Positions 14,200-27,492 are shown, counted from the first letter of the stretch. The stretch: DNA of 64,000 nucleotides from Eledone cirrhosa (GCA_964016885.1 OZ024763.1:9114001-9178000); one strand, 5' to 3'. The notes: a model not told the origin generated them from the letters alone. Numbers and translations: made by a program.

Positions 14200-15010
14200 C
14201 CAAACTAGGTGGTGAGGGCCGTATAGGCTTTGTACAGAGGTGCTGTCAGTAACAGATGCGTTTAAAACTGGCTGTCCGTGACGATCTGGTTCTTATAGCA
14301 GAATCAGTAAACAAGCTAGAGAAGAAATCCTGTCTATGGAAACTAGTTGGAAGCAAGAGGACAATAAAAATATAGAAAAGAGAACATGCTCACTATGTTG
14401 AAAAGGCGTTGGGATAAATTATATAAAATATACGCAATGCACATCTGGGGTACTCAACATATGTAGTGGGATAGCAAGCAAACAGGTAGTGAAAACTACC
14501 TGTACAGAGAAATTTCACAGTAAAAGTGACAGTGATAGAAACAGTTTTCAAATGAAGGTGGGTTCTATACAAGTGGTTCGTACCTTCCGCTACATAGATG
14601 AGCAGATTAGAAAGAGAGGAGGCTACTACGAGGCCAGAGTATCTACAATAAAGATGGGTTGGAAGAAGTGAGACATGGCCAGCAATTGCAGAGAATATGC
14701 CAAGGCTGGCAAAGAAATGAAGGAAGCATGCTCCGACGACCGAGCAGAGATGAGTTGAGAGAGAAAATGGGTATGAGTTATGTGCAGGAGTGAAGAATAA
14801 GATGGTTTGCTGGGTAAACATGTGCCAAGAAATTCCAGTAGAAGGAAGACGCAGTAGAGGAAGACTAGGAAAAACATATACGGCGGTGGTGAGAGCAGAC
14901 CTCAAATCGCTAACGATCACCAACGAGGTGACCAACGACCGGTATAAGTGGAGAGGCGGTGCTCAATAGTACATGTCCCACACTTGAAAGCGAACGTATG
15001 ATCATGAAGA
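14200..15010 (+). pseudogene. Decayed RTE-clade LINE, RT C-terminal part and 3' end (paralog 19355-20103)
   Basis: Translates to ALYRGAVS / DDLVLIAES / GRRSRGR motifs shared with the RTE copies at 43200 and 45116-45550. Multiple stops and frameshifts. Confidence 0.8.
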
Positions 15011-15639
15011 TGACTGTGCAAATGTTTCATTATTTCTGCATAGAAAGTAATATACATCATCTTCAACAAACGCTATATTGTCTTTAGCTTTCAACAATAC
15101 CATTTCGCAATAAAACATGAAATAAGAACAAACTGATTCTCTAATATTTAATAATATATTGGCATCTGCTTTGCTGCTTAACTACGACTGGTGGGCCTGC
15201 ATTCTTGTCTCGTCTGTTATGCTTGCACTTTGTTGCTTTTCACAGGAACAATCAACAACTACTCTTTCTAACTCTTAAAACCTTGCTCTAGCTTCAAATG
15301 TTCACTCTCGGGGATGTCTTTCCTACGGACTGCATTCTTCACTCTTTTCGAAACATCTTTCCAGTTTCTTCACATCGGTCAAATCTTCAATCTTCAATCT
15401 GCACAATTTCCACTTCTTTTCACATCTAGGTCTTTCTATTCTATACATCAGTTAGTCTTAGTTTCAAGTTCTTATATTGTAAAATAATATCTTTCAACAT
15501 GGGAGACAATATAGCACTTGTTGCTGAAGATAGACTTATCTATATTATTCTCTCTCCAGCTACCAGTTAACATATCCATGCATAATATTTGCCTGTGTGT
15601 CGTTATGTGTGGATATTTGAGAAAAAGATGATAAAAAGA

Positions 15640-16600
15640 TATATACATGGATGAGGAGAGTGACTTGGTGGTAGAACAATATGGTAGATGAGGCAGTTAA
15701 GGCTAAGAGACAGGCATGGAAAGAATGGAAAAACAGGGCACATTACAGAGAGACCAGGAGCAAAGCTAGGCGACAAGTATACTTAGCTAGAAGGAAGGTA
15801 GAGGATAGGAATTTCAAGCATGTTTTGCAACACGAGGAAAAGAAACAGGTGTTCCAGAGAGAATTGTGATGTCATTGGACAAAAGTGTATCCAGAATGAT
15901 AAAGGTCAGCTTGCACTCACAAGTGCTGAGAAGATGCGTGGAAGAGCCAGTATGAAAGATTACTAAATGAGGAGAATGTATGGGAAAAAGATACCATACC
16001 CAAAGTGAACCCTATAGAGGGGCTAGCAGAACAAGTCAGCAGCAATGTAGTATGGCAATCATAGATATGAAGACGGGGAAGGCAACCGGTCCATCGGGTA
16101 TAGCTGCCGAGATGCTCAAGGCATCTGGGTCGGTAGATCAGACCATAAACACAAGTAATGTTAACTAGATAATACTAAACGATTCGTGCAGCAGCATCAT
16201 GGTCAACTGATACAAAGGTAAAGGTGATGCACTAGATAGAGGAAACTAGAGAGGTATAAAGCTGATGGACCACCAGATCATGAAAGTAACGTAAAGAGTT
16301 ATAGCACAGTTGATTAGTACCTAGCTAAAAGTAAGCCTCTCTACCTGGCATTTGTCGAAATGGAAAAAGCCTTCGACAGAGTCCACCATGCTATAATCTG
16401 GTGAGCTCTTAGAAAATTTGAAGTAGATGAATAGCTTATGAGGGCTGTACCAAGCCATGTATATAGAAACAGTCAGCAAAGTTAGGTTTATCAATGACTA
16501 GAGCGAGGAATTTAGCATGCAGGTCGGTGTACACCAGGGCTGTTCTTAGCCCTCTCCTTTTTATCATAGTCCTGCAGGCAATAACAGGAATTTAAAACCG
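15640..16600 (+). pseudogene. Decayed RTE-clade LINE, linker and RT N-terminal domains (paralog 20165-21140)
   Basis: VTWW..VDEAVKAKRQAWKEWK, KTGKATGPSGIAAEMLKASG, KGKGDALDRGN.RGIKLMD, LYLAFVEMEKAFDRV, VGVHQG. Disrupted reading frames. Confidence 0.88.
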
Positions 16601-16609
16601 GATATCAGA

Positions 16610-18040
16610 TTATAGTCCTATCCAAGGGAGACAGTGATGTGAATGCGGAGGAATTTCATGAGGAGATGTGTAGAGCTGTCAACACCACACAAGCTCAAAA
16701 CATCATTCTTCTGAGGGACTTCTATGCACATCTGAGTAAGGAGAGCAGAGAAGATCCGCGCTGGTAATTCCCTAACACCAACAGAAATGGAAGACTACCG
16801 ACAGACGCCATGCTGGATGCAAACTTGATGGCAACCAACCTAACGTTAAGGGAGAATCAAGAAAAGATGTGGACCAAGACCTAGATTGATTTCTTTCTGG
16901 TGAGGAAAAAGCAGCGCAATAGTGTTCTCAACACAGAACCATACAACTATTTCAGTACACTGGGACAGTGGACACATGCTTGTTATGAGTGAGGTCCGAG
17001 TGAGCTTAAGAAAGAGCAAGGCTACACCAACAGTATAATCTATGACTGGGGAACGTTCAAGGAACATAAGCTACAGAAGAGGTTCACAGGAGAAGTGAGC
17101 AACAGGTTCAGTGCTCTATGTAGAGAGTTTGACAAAGAGGTACAGGTACTTGAACAATGCAGTAGCAAGTGAGACACTGATGCTGAGGAGAAAGAAGAGG
17201 AAGCATGTCAGTTCTGCAGACCCAAAGGTGTGTGCAGCCTGCCAAGGACCAATTCTGTGCTGATCCTATGGAGAGGATGGACACAGTGGAGGTGATGAGG
17301 GAAGCACTCTGTACCGCTTACACTGACGCCAGAGAGGAGGCACTAAAGTGTTAAGAGAACGGTTGACAGTCGGATGATCAACGAGATCACATGGAGGAAG
17401 AGTCAGATCAAGGAAACAGATCCAGAGGATAGGAAAAAGGAAATGGCTGGACCATTTTAGAACACAACTATGAGATGCCCTCCACAGCCAAGAACACTGG
17501 GCAGATCAGGTGGCTGTTACAAAAACTGCATATTGAGACAGGACCCTTTGCCAGAGAGGAGCTTCAGAGAGCAAAAAAAGAAGATAATGGAGGGCAAGGC
17601 CCATGGAGAAAATCGAGTGGCTACAGGTCATGTAAGAGTTGTGATTTTCAGTTCTGGAGAAACGAGTTTCCCTGAACCAGTGGACGATCAGTAACTTCGT
17701 GCCACTGCCAAAGAAGGCAGATCTCTTTAACAGCAACAACTACAGGGAGACCTCACTTGTGGCAAAGACCCTCAACAGGGTGTGATTCTTAAGAGAATCC
17801 AGCCCTACATGGACAAAAAGCTCAAACAACCACAACAGCTTCAGAGATAAAGATCAACCAACGGTCACATCTTGATGAAGATATTTGAGCAAATTGCCTA
17901 TAATTCTGACGATCGTCACTGCCTGATCAAGATTTTTGTGGAATACAAAAGTATCACTGCTCTACACGAACACTAAAGCCAAAGTCATTACACCCGATGG
18001 TTCTTCGAACTATTGGTTGGGAGTGCTCCAAGGAGCTACA
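16610..18040 (+). pseudogene. Second, different decayed non-LTR retrotransposon (APE endonuclease + RT, RTE-like; paralog 21150-22610)
   Basis: EN-like ILLRDFYAHL and IDFFLVRK..RNSVLN. RT-like PLPKKADLFNSNNYR, YTNTKAKVITPDG, GVLQG. Confidence 0.78.
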
Positions 18041-18239
18041 CCCATTCTTCAGTGGCTAAATACAGTCAAAGAAAAATATCAAAATTGCTCTTCTTTCTCA
18101 GAGAGTTAAGTCAGCGAAGGTAACACACCACTAACAAAATCCCCTCCTACAAAAATGGTCAATAACCAATCCAGCAGATAAACGTAATTATATTAAGAAA
18201 AAAAAATTTCTTTTTAAACAAAGGACAATTAAATATTTA

Positions 18240-21200
18240 CTGTTGAATGTCTGTTTGTGGGCTTATGTAGGGTCGGGCATCTCATAAATTCAGTATTTAC
18301 GCAGAGTAATATAGATAAAAATACATCAACGACAAACACTATAGTCTCGCACTTTAAAGGATTCGCTTTTGCAATAGAACAGGGAATCAATAAACTATCT
18401 GATTCAATAATATTTTATATTATATTGGCAGCGAACTCCAACTGCTGGGCCTGCATTCTTCTGTCTCGTCTGTTATGCTTGTACTTCATTGATTTTCACT
18501 GCAACAATCACCAATTACTCTTGTTTATTCTCGGGGATGTCTTTTCTACCCACTGCATTCTTCACTACATCATGCAAATTTTCCACAGCTGCTCCACAGC
18601 GGTCAAATTTTCAATCTTAATTCGGCACAATTTCAACATCTTTTGCCTGCATCACACAGTATTCAGTCAATTAGTTTTTCTTCGTTTCCTATTCTTATAT
18701 TGCAAAAACATATCCATAAAAGTGCGAGATAATATAGCGAGTGTTCATAGATTTTGCTTATCTACATTATAATCACTCGACAGCTCCTTGGCAACATATC
18801 CATGCATGGATGTGTGTACTTATATATCGTAATTTAGATGTCTAGTCTTAAGCAGACACTTAGCACTGACCGAGACAACCAGCCTTGACAATTCAGTTTT
18901 ATCAAACAACTAAATTTCCTGCTAACAGGGGAAACAACTCTTATTTTTATTAAAAAATTCAAACAGTAATCTCCCTTTGCTAATTGAAATATTGCATATA
19001 CATTTGTAGACGTATAAACACAAAAACACTACACACATGTGTACGTGTATACATACACAGACATATGTACACATACATGACAATATACTACACCCCCACG
19101 ACTTACAGCCGGAACTTGCAACACCTACATCACAACTAAAGCGCAACTATTTCAACGCTGGCAATCTAGCTAAACTTATCACAGCTACAACTAATAGTAA
19201 AAAGAAATAAAAATTAAGCTTTTTAATCAAACGAGTCTTAGGAAATATATAAAATATAACCATCTTAGCAATTAATTTTGTTGACAGACAACTCCTTTGG
19301 TAGGGTACCATGATCTGTCATCTGGTGGTGCCTAACCAAACTAGGTGTTGGGGAATGTCTTGTGAGGGCAGTGCAGGCTTTGTACAGAGGTGCTGTCAGT
19401 AACAGATGCGTTTAAAACTAGCTGTCCATGACGATCTGGTTCTTATAGCAGAATCAGTAAAGAAGCTAAAGAAGAAATGCTGTCTATGGAAACAGTGGTT
19501 GGAAGCAAGAGGACAGAATAAAAACATAGAAAAGAGGACATGCTCCCTATGTTGAAAAGGAGTTGGGATAAATTCTATAAAATATACACAATGCACATCT
19601 GGGGTACTCAACATATGTAGTGGGATAGCAAGCAAACAGGTAGTGAAAACTACATGTACAGAGAAATTTCACAGTAGAAGTGACAGTGATAGAAACAGTT
19701 TTCAAATGAAGGTGGGTTCTATACAGATGAGCAGATTAGAAAGAGAGGAGGCTACTACGAGGCCATAATATCTACAATAAGGATGGGTTGGAAGAAGTGA
19801 GACATGGCCAGCAATTGCAGAGAATATGCCAAGGCTGGCAAAGAAATGAAGGAAGCATGCTCCGACGACCGAGCAGAGATGAGTTGAGAGAGAAAATGGG
19901 TATGAGTTATGTGCAGGAGAGAAGAATAAGATGGTTTGCTGGGTAAACATGTGCCAAGTAATTCCAGTAGAAGGAAGACTAAGAAAAACAGACGGGTGGT
20001 GAAAGCAGACCTCAAATCGCTAACGATCACCAACGAGGTGACCAACGACCGGTATAAGTGGAGAGGCGGTGCTCAATAGTACATGTCCCACACTTGAAAG
20101 CGAAACATATCCATGCATAATATTTGCATGTGTGTATATTTGAGAAAAGGATAATGATAAAAAGATATATACATGGATTAGGAGAGTCACTTGGTGGTAG
20201 AACAATATGGTAGATGAGGCAATTAAGGCTAAGAGACAGGCATGGAAAGAATGGAAAAACAGGGCACATTACATAGAGACCAGGAGCGAAGCTAGGCGAC
20301 AAGTATACTTAGCTAGAAGGGAGGTAGAGGATAGGAATTTCAAGCATCTTTTGCAACACGAGGAACAGAAACAGGTGTTCGAGATTACGAGGCAGTGTGT
20401 CAGAGAGAATTGTGATGTCATTGGACAAAAGTGTATCCAGAATGATAAAGGTCAGATTGCACTCACAATTTCTGAGGAGATGCATGGAAGAGCCAGTATG
20501 AAAGATTACTAAATGGGGAGAATGCATGGGAAAAAGATACCATACCCAAAGTGAACCCTATAGAGGGGCTAGCAGAACAAGTCAGCAGCAATATAGTATG
20601 GCAATCAAAGATATGAAGACGGGGAAGGCAACCGGTCCATCGGGTATAGTTGCCGAGATGCTCAAGGCATCTGGGTCAGTAGATCAGACCATAACCACAA
20701 GTAATGTTAACTAGATAATACTAAATGATTCGTGCAGCAGCATCATGGTCAACTGATACAAAGGTAAAGGTGATGCACTAGATAGAGGAAACTAGAGAGG
20801 TATAAAGCTGATGGACCAGATCATGAAAGTAACGTAAAGAGTTATAGCACAGTTGATTAGTACCTAGCTAAAAGTAAGCCACTCTACCTGGCATTTGTCG
20901 AAATGGAAAAAGCCTTCGACAGAGTCCACCATGCTATAATACGGTCGGCTCTTGGAAAATTAAAAGTAGATGAATGGCTTATGAGGGCTGTACAAGCCAT
21001 GTATAAAGAAACAATCAGCAAAGTTAGGGTTATCAATGATTAGAGCGAGGAATTTAGCATGCAGGTCCGTGTACACCAGGGCTGTTCTTAGCCCTCTCCT
21101 TTTTATCATAGTCCTGCAGGCAATAACAGGAATTTAAAACCGGATATCAGATTATAGTCCTACCAAGGGAGACAGTGATGTGAATGCGGAGGAATTTCAT

Positions 21201-22807
21201 GAGGAGATGTGTAGAGCTGTCAACACCACACAAGCTCAAAACATCATTCTTCTGAGGGACTTCTATGCACATCTGAGTAAGGAGAGTAGAGAAGATCCGC
21301 GCTGGTAATTCCCTAACACCAACAGAAATGGAAGACTACCGACAGACGCCATGCTGGATGCAAACTTGATGGCAACCAACCTAACGTTAAGGAAGAATCC
21401 AGAAAAGATGTGGACCAAGACCTAGATTGATTTCTTTCTGGTGAGGAAAAAGCAGCGCAATAGTGTTCTCAACACAGAACCATACAACTATTTCAGTACA
21501 CTGGGACAGTGGACACATGCTTGTTATGAGTGAGGTCCGAGTGAGCTTAAGAAAGAGCAAGGCTACACCAACAGTATAATCTATGACTGGGGAACGTTCA
21601 AGGAACATAAGCTACAGAAGAGGTTCACAGGAGAAGTGAGCAACAGGTTCAGTGCTCTATGTAGAGAGTTTGACAAAGAGGTACAGGTACTTGAACAATG
21701 CAGTAGCAAGTGAGACACTGATGCTGAGGAGAAAGAAGAGGAAGCATGTCAGTTCTGCAGACCCAAAGGTGTGTGCAGCCTGCCAAGGACCAATTCTGTG
21801 CTGATCCTATGGAGAGGATGGACACAGTGGAGGTGATGAGGGAAGCACTCTGTACCGCTTACACTGACGCCAGAGAGGAGGCACTAAAGTGTTAAGAGAA
21901 CGGTTGACAGTTGGATGATCAACGAGATCACATGGAGGAAAGGTCAGATCAAGGAAACAGATCCAGAGGATAGGAAAAAGGAAGTGGCTGGACCATTTTA
22001 GAACACAACTATGAGATGCCCTCCACAGCCAAGAACACTGGGCAGATCAGGTGGCTGTTACAAAAACTGAATATTGAGACAGGACCCTTTGCCAGAGAGC
22101 TTCAGAGAGCAAAAAAAGAAGATAAAGGAGGGCAAGGCCCATGGAGAAAATCGAGTGGCATCAGGTCATGTAGAGTTGTGATTTTCATAGCTTGCAGTTC
22201 TGTAAAAAGGGACTGGAGAAACGAGTTTCCCTGAACCAGTGGACGATCAGTAACTTCGTGCCACTGCCAAAGAAGGCAGATCTCTTTAACAGCAACAACT
22301 ACAGGGAGACCTCACTTGTGGCAAAGAACCTCAACAGGATGATTCTTAAGAGAATCCAGCCCTACATGGACAAAAAGCTCAAACAACCAGAACAGCTTCA
22401 GAGATAAAGATCAACCAACGGTCACATCCTGATGCTGAGGAAGATATTTGAGGGAGCTAAAGCAAATTGCCTATAATTCTGTCGATCGTCACTACCTGAT
22501 CAAGATCTTGTGGAATACAAAAGTATCACTGCTCTACACGAACACTAAAGCCAAAGTCATTACACCCGATGGTTCTTCGAATTATTGGTTGGAGTGCTCC
22601 AAGGAGCTACACCCATTCTTCAGTGGCTAAATACAGTCAAAGAAAAATATAATTGCTTTTCTTTCTCAGAGAGTTAAGTCAGCGAAGGTAACACACCACT
22701 AACAAAATCCCCTCTCCTACTAAAATGGTCAATGACCAATCCAGCAGATAAACAATTATATTAAGAAAAAAAATTTCTTTTTAAACAAAGGCCAATTACA
22801 TATTTAC
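18240..22807 (+). repeat. Tandem segmental duplication, copy B (lacks ~575 bp equivalent to 14995-15568)
   Basis: Collinear with copy A. The junction cacttgaaagcga|aacatatccatgcat at ~20103 joins sequences that lie ~575 bp apart in copy A. Confidence 0.92.
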
Positions 22808-23880
22808 TGTTGAAGGCCTGTTTGCGGGCTTATGTAGAGTAATATAGATATAAATACATCAACGACAAACACTATATTGTTTCGCACTTTAAAGGATTCG
22901 CTTTTGCAATAAAACAGGGAATCGACATTATCCGATTCCCTAATATTTCATATTATATTGGCATCTGCTTGGCAGCGAACTCCAACTGCTGGGCCTGCAT
23001 TCTTCTCTCTTGTCCGTTATGCTTGTACTTCATTGATTTTCACTGCAACAATCACCAACTACTCTTTCTATGTTTATTCTCGGGGATGTCTTTTCTACCC
23101 ACTGCATTCTTCACTACATCATGCCAACTTTCTACAGCTGCTTCACATCGGTCACATCTACGATCTTAATTCTGAACAATTACCATAAATATATATTTTG
23201 TCTGCATCAATCAGTTTGTCTTCGTTTCCTATTCTTATATTGCAAAAGCGTATAAAAAAAAAAATATAGCGTTTCCTCAAGATAACCGTAACTATATTAC
23301 TTTCACTCTCCAGCTTCCTGGTAACATAACCATATATTAAGTTTTAATGCATGTGCCTACTTGTATACCGTAATTTCTGTCTATATTTATGAGGAAAAAG
23401 GTTAGATATTGACAAGATGATATAAATATATATAGCTATTCAGTTTTATATATACCCCCCCCCCCCACAACCACAAACTAAAACTAAACCCAAATAATTC
23501 ATCTAGAAATTAATGAACCCCGTCGTATCTGCTTCGAAATGATATTCAAACAAATAGAAACTAAAACTTACTATATCACTAACGTGCTGCATTAAATAGA
23601 CATGAAAAAACACCCGTCTCAATTTTACGATGAAAACCGATATAATAAATTAAGCCTAAGCTTAATTAGTAAAGTAGTCTTCAGCAGAAACAGACAAGGC
23701 ATAAATTCAATGACAGTTTTATCAAACAACAAAATTTCTGGCTAAAACGGAAAATAAAATATTTTTATTAAAATATACTACAGTAATTTCCCTTTGCTAA
23801 TTAGAATGTTGCATAAACAGATTTCTACGGTGATATAAACACAAACCCGATACACACCAACTTATATATTATTATATTGT
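22807..23880 (+). repeat. Third, partial and more diverged copy of the duplication's unknown module
   Basis: 22860-23370 matches 13155-13665 and 18330-18830. 23710-23860 matches 13725-13870. Confidence 0.8.
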
Positions 23881-23934
23881 ATTTATATATTATATATATA
23901 TACATGTGTATATAGTAGACATTTATTACAAATA

Positions 23935-25194
23935 CACACATAATACAGACATACTACACACAATACACACATAATACACACATATAATACAGATAATACG
24001 CACATATAATACAGATAATACGCACAGATAATACACACATATAATACACACATATAATACAGATAATACACACATATAATACAGATAATACGCACAGATA
24101 ATACACACATATAATACACACATATAATACACAGATAATACACACATAATACACATATAATACACACATATAATACACACATATAATACACATAATACAC
24201 ACATATAATACAGATAATACGCACAGATAATACACATATAATACACACATATAATACAGATAATACACAGATAATACACACATAATACACAGATAATACA
24301 CACATAATACACACATATAATACAGATAATACACACATATAATACAGATAATACGCACAGATAATACACACATATAATACAGATAATACACAGATAATAC
24401 ACACATAATACACACATAATACACACATATAATACAGATAATACACACAGATAATACACACACATAATACACAGATAATACACACATATAATACACACAT
24501 ATAATACAGATAATACACACAGATAATACGCACAGATAATACACACATATACACACATATAATACACAGATAATACACACATAATACACACATAATACAC
24601 AGATAATACACACATATAATACACACATAATACACACATATAATACAGATAATACACACATATAATACAGATAATACGCACAGATAATACACACATAATA
24701 CAGATAATACACAGATAATACACACATAATACACACATAATACACACATATAATACACACATAATACACACATATAATACAGATAATACACACATATAAT
24801 ACAGATAATACGCACAGATAATACACACATATAATACAGATAATACACAGATAATACACAGATAATACACAGATAATACACACATAATACACACATATAA
24901 TACAGATAATACGCACAGATAATACACACATATAATACAGATAATACACATATAATACACAGATAATACACAGATAATACACACATATAATACACACATA
25001 TAATACACACATATAATACAGATAATACACACATATAATACAGATAATACGCACAGATAATACGCACAGATAATACACACATATACACACATATACACAC
25101 ATATAATACACAGATAATACACACATAATACACACATAATACACAGATAATACACACATATAATACACACATAATACACACATATAATACACAC
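23935..25194. repeat. Modular minisatellite ATAATAC+(AG|ACAC|ACAG|ACACAT|GCACAG|ACAT); continues degenerately at 25385-25540
   Basis: Constant ATAATAC core with variable short linkers. The 428-437 aa Cys/Val/Tyr ORFs are a by-product of this repeat. Confidence 0.95.
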
Positions 25195-25381
25195 AATTGT
25201 TTCTACTTTTGGCACAAGGCCAGCAATTATCCCAGTGCATTACTGGTACTTTATTTTATCAACCCCGTAAGGATGAAAGGCAAAGTTAACCTCGGCGGGA
25301 TTTGAACCCAGAATAGCAAGGGCCGTAACTCTATGCGTCAAAGCATGGCGTCCGACCCTCTACCGATACTGCCAATCCACC
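25195..25381 (-). mobile_element. tRNA-derived SINE
   Basis: Minus strand has an A-box-like TGGCAGTATCGG and a B-box GGTTCAAATCC, followed by the core GGTTAACTTTGCCTTTCATCCTTACGGGG..AAGTACCAG. Near-identical copy on + at 30803-30990. Confidence 0.9.
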
Positions 25382-25627
25382 AACACACATAATACACACA
25401 TATACACATATAATACACACATATAATACAGATAATACACAAATACACACAGATAATACGCACAAATACAGACACCTAATACAGACACATAATACACACA
25501 GAATACATACACACATAATATACACACACACATAATATATAGTAATAATAATAAATTTGAAAACTAAAATTAAAAAAGGGCTCGATATGGATAAATATAT
25601 ATCAAATATATAAGAACCGTACAGCAA

Positions 25628-25775
25628 ATATATATTAAAATAACAGATTAAAGTTTAAGCAAAGAATCGCTGCTTTCAACCTTAACGGGATCTTAAATGA
25701 ATTTCAGAAGATCCCGTTAAGGGTGAAAGCAGCGATTCTTTGCTTAAACTTTAATCGGTTATTTTAATATATATA
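25628..25775. repeat. Long inverted repeat (~65-bp arms, ~13-nt spacer), probably a Penelope-like inverted pLTR remnant
   Basis: ttaaaataacagattaaagtttaagcaaagaatcgctgctttcaaccttaacgggatctt pairs with aagatcccgttaagggtgaaagcagcgattctttgcttaaactttaatcggttattttaa with 2 mismatches. A solo arm occurs at 37780-37845. Confidence 0.85.
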
Positions 25776-26378
25776 TATAAATAAATAAATATATATATAT
25801 AAATATAAATATAAAAATTTCAGGTTATCATTTAATATAAACTGTTATAGATAAAATGAGATTTCTTAATTCAATTCCCTAATGCATATACCAGCTGACT
25901 ACTAGCATTGGAAGTTATTCAGTAGCAGTCGAAATCTCCCCCTTCCTTAATCGACACTTTATAATTAATACTACTACACCAAATAACCAGCCCTGTCCAT
26001 TGTTCAATTGGTCAAGTATAGATTAAAATAGGCACTCCCAAAAATTATTATTTAGATAAAATAAACCATTTACTCATTGTATTCTCATTAAAAACCATTT
26101 ATATACTTGTTTAGCAGTAAATTGAATTACCATCTGTCATATACTTCTCTTCCTCTATTACAACTAATATAAATACTTCAATTTTTCTGATTTTTTCCAA
26201 TTTATCCAAAATCTCTGAAGTGACAACTGATTATACATTTGCTATCGAATACTTGCTAACATTATATGATTACGCAAGCAGCGATACATAGGTATTTCGT
26301 CTGTTACAGAAACATGTCGATACCTAATAAATTCCTTTTTTTAAAAAAAAAGCACTTTCATTTTATATTCACCTTTTC

Positions 26379-26421
26379 TATATATAAATATATATATATA
26401 TATATAAATATATATATATAA

Positions 26422-26454
<33 letters not shown>

Positions 26455-26455
26455 A

Positions 26456-26488
<33 letters not shown>

Positions 26489-26552
26489 AATATATATATA
26501 TAAATATATATATATAAATATATAAATATATATATATAAATATATATATATA

Positions 26553-26648
<96 letters not shown>

Positions 26649-26765
26649 AATATATATATATAAATATATATATATAAATATATAAATATATAAATATATA
26701 AATATATATATATATATATAAATATATATATATAAATATAAATATATATATATAAATATATATAT
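26379..26765. repeat. (TA)n/TAAA low-complexity microsatellite
   Basis: Pure A/T tract seen directly. Confidence 0.97.
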
Positions 26766-26767
26766 GT

Positions 26768-27330
26768 TATTCCGGGTTGAATCGGAGGTAACCACAGTAA
26801 GTAAGGTACTCAATACATAGCAGAGTATAAGTTTTAATATAGATGAGATTCTACAGGACTAGAACTGTTTCATTCATTTGAAATCATCAGGAATCTGGGT
26901 ATCAAAAAATAAATATGGTATTTATAGGTCTCTACAAGTGGTAGGAGAGGGTGGGGAGTGGGATGGGTGCAGGTCGTTGGTTGATAGAAAAGGGAATTCA
27001 TTAAAAGCTAATTCTACAAAGCTATAGTTCATTTTTATTTTTATTTTTTAGAGTAACAAGGGCAGACAGAATTCTATAAACATGTTCCGGATGGCCTACC
27101 ATTCCTTGTCAATAAGTTTCTCTTAAGCTAACAGATGTCTATAAAATCAGTGGGGGGTCAGTCATAGTCGATAGAATTAAAGAACAGGGGAGATTCTTTA
27201 AAAGCTAAAGTCATTAAGGTTCTAAGTGACAAAGGTCTAGAGAATTCTGCAGACAGATTCAAAATACTGAGTGCATATCTTACTATTATCTTCGAACTTC
27301 TCTTAAACTAATCAACTATATGCCAAAAAT
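26768..27330 (-). mobile_element. Putative Penelope-like element remnant carrying the hammerhead; degenerate terminal copies at 33670-33775 (same orientation) and 34335-34435 (inverted)
   Basis: ttattccgggtt..cagtaagtaaggtactcaat is repeated at 33671 and reverse-complemented at 34380-34432. Hammerheads in pLTRs are established for Penelope-like elements. No RT or GIY-YIG ORF was recognised, and the right boundary is uncertain. Confidence 0.5.
26846..26896 (-). ncRNA. Type I hammerhead ribozyme motif (minimal, Penelope-pLTR type)
   Basis: Minus strand reads AGATTC-CTGATGA-tTTC aaat GAAt-GAAA-CAG ttctagtc CTG-TA-GAATCT. Stem I is a perfect 6 bp, the core is canonical, the cleavage triplet is GUA, and loop III holds palindromic CTAG. 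Confidence 0.8.
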
Positions 27331-27389
27331 CAACAGACACATTCACAAAAAAACAAAAAAACACACTCACTCACACACTTACGCGCAAC

Positions 27390-27492
27390 CATAAACACAC
27401 ACACAAACACATATACACACACATATATATAAAAATATATAAATATATATTCATGTACACACACGTACATACAGACATACATACACACATAC

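Larger units (their letters stand above)
12940..18240 (+). repeat. Tandem segmental duplication, copy A (unknown module + RTE relics)
   Basis: Near-identical ORFs recur ~4.5 kb downstream (15681/20207, 15980/20526, 16846/21387, 17475/22016). 13405 and 13682 match 18257 and 18922. Confidence 0.92.

Noticed and set aside
23883-25240. Three 428-437 aa Cys-rich ORFs
   Set aside because: All three frames of a minisatellite are open because its words lack stop codons on that strand. There is no evidence of a gene.
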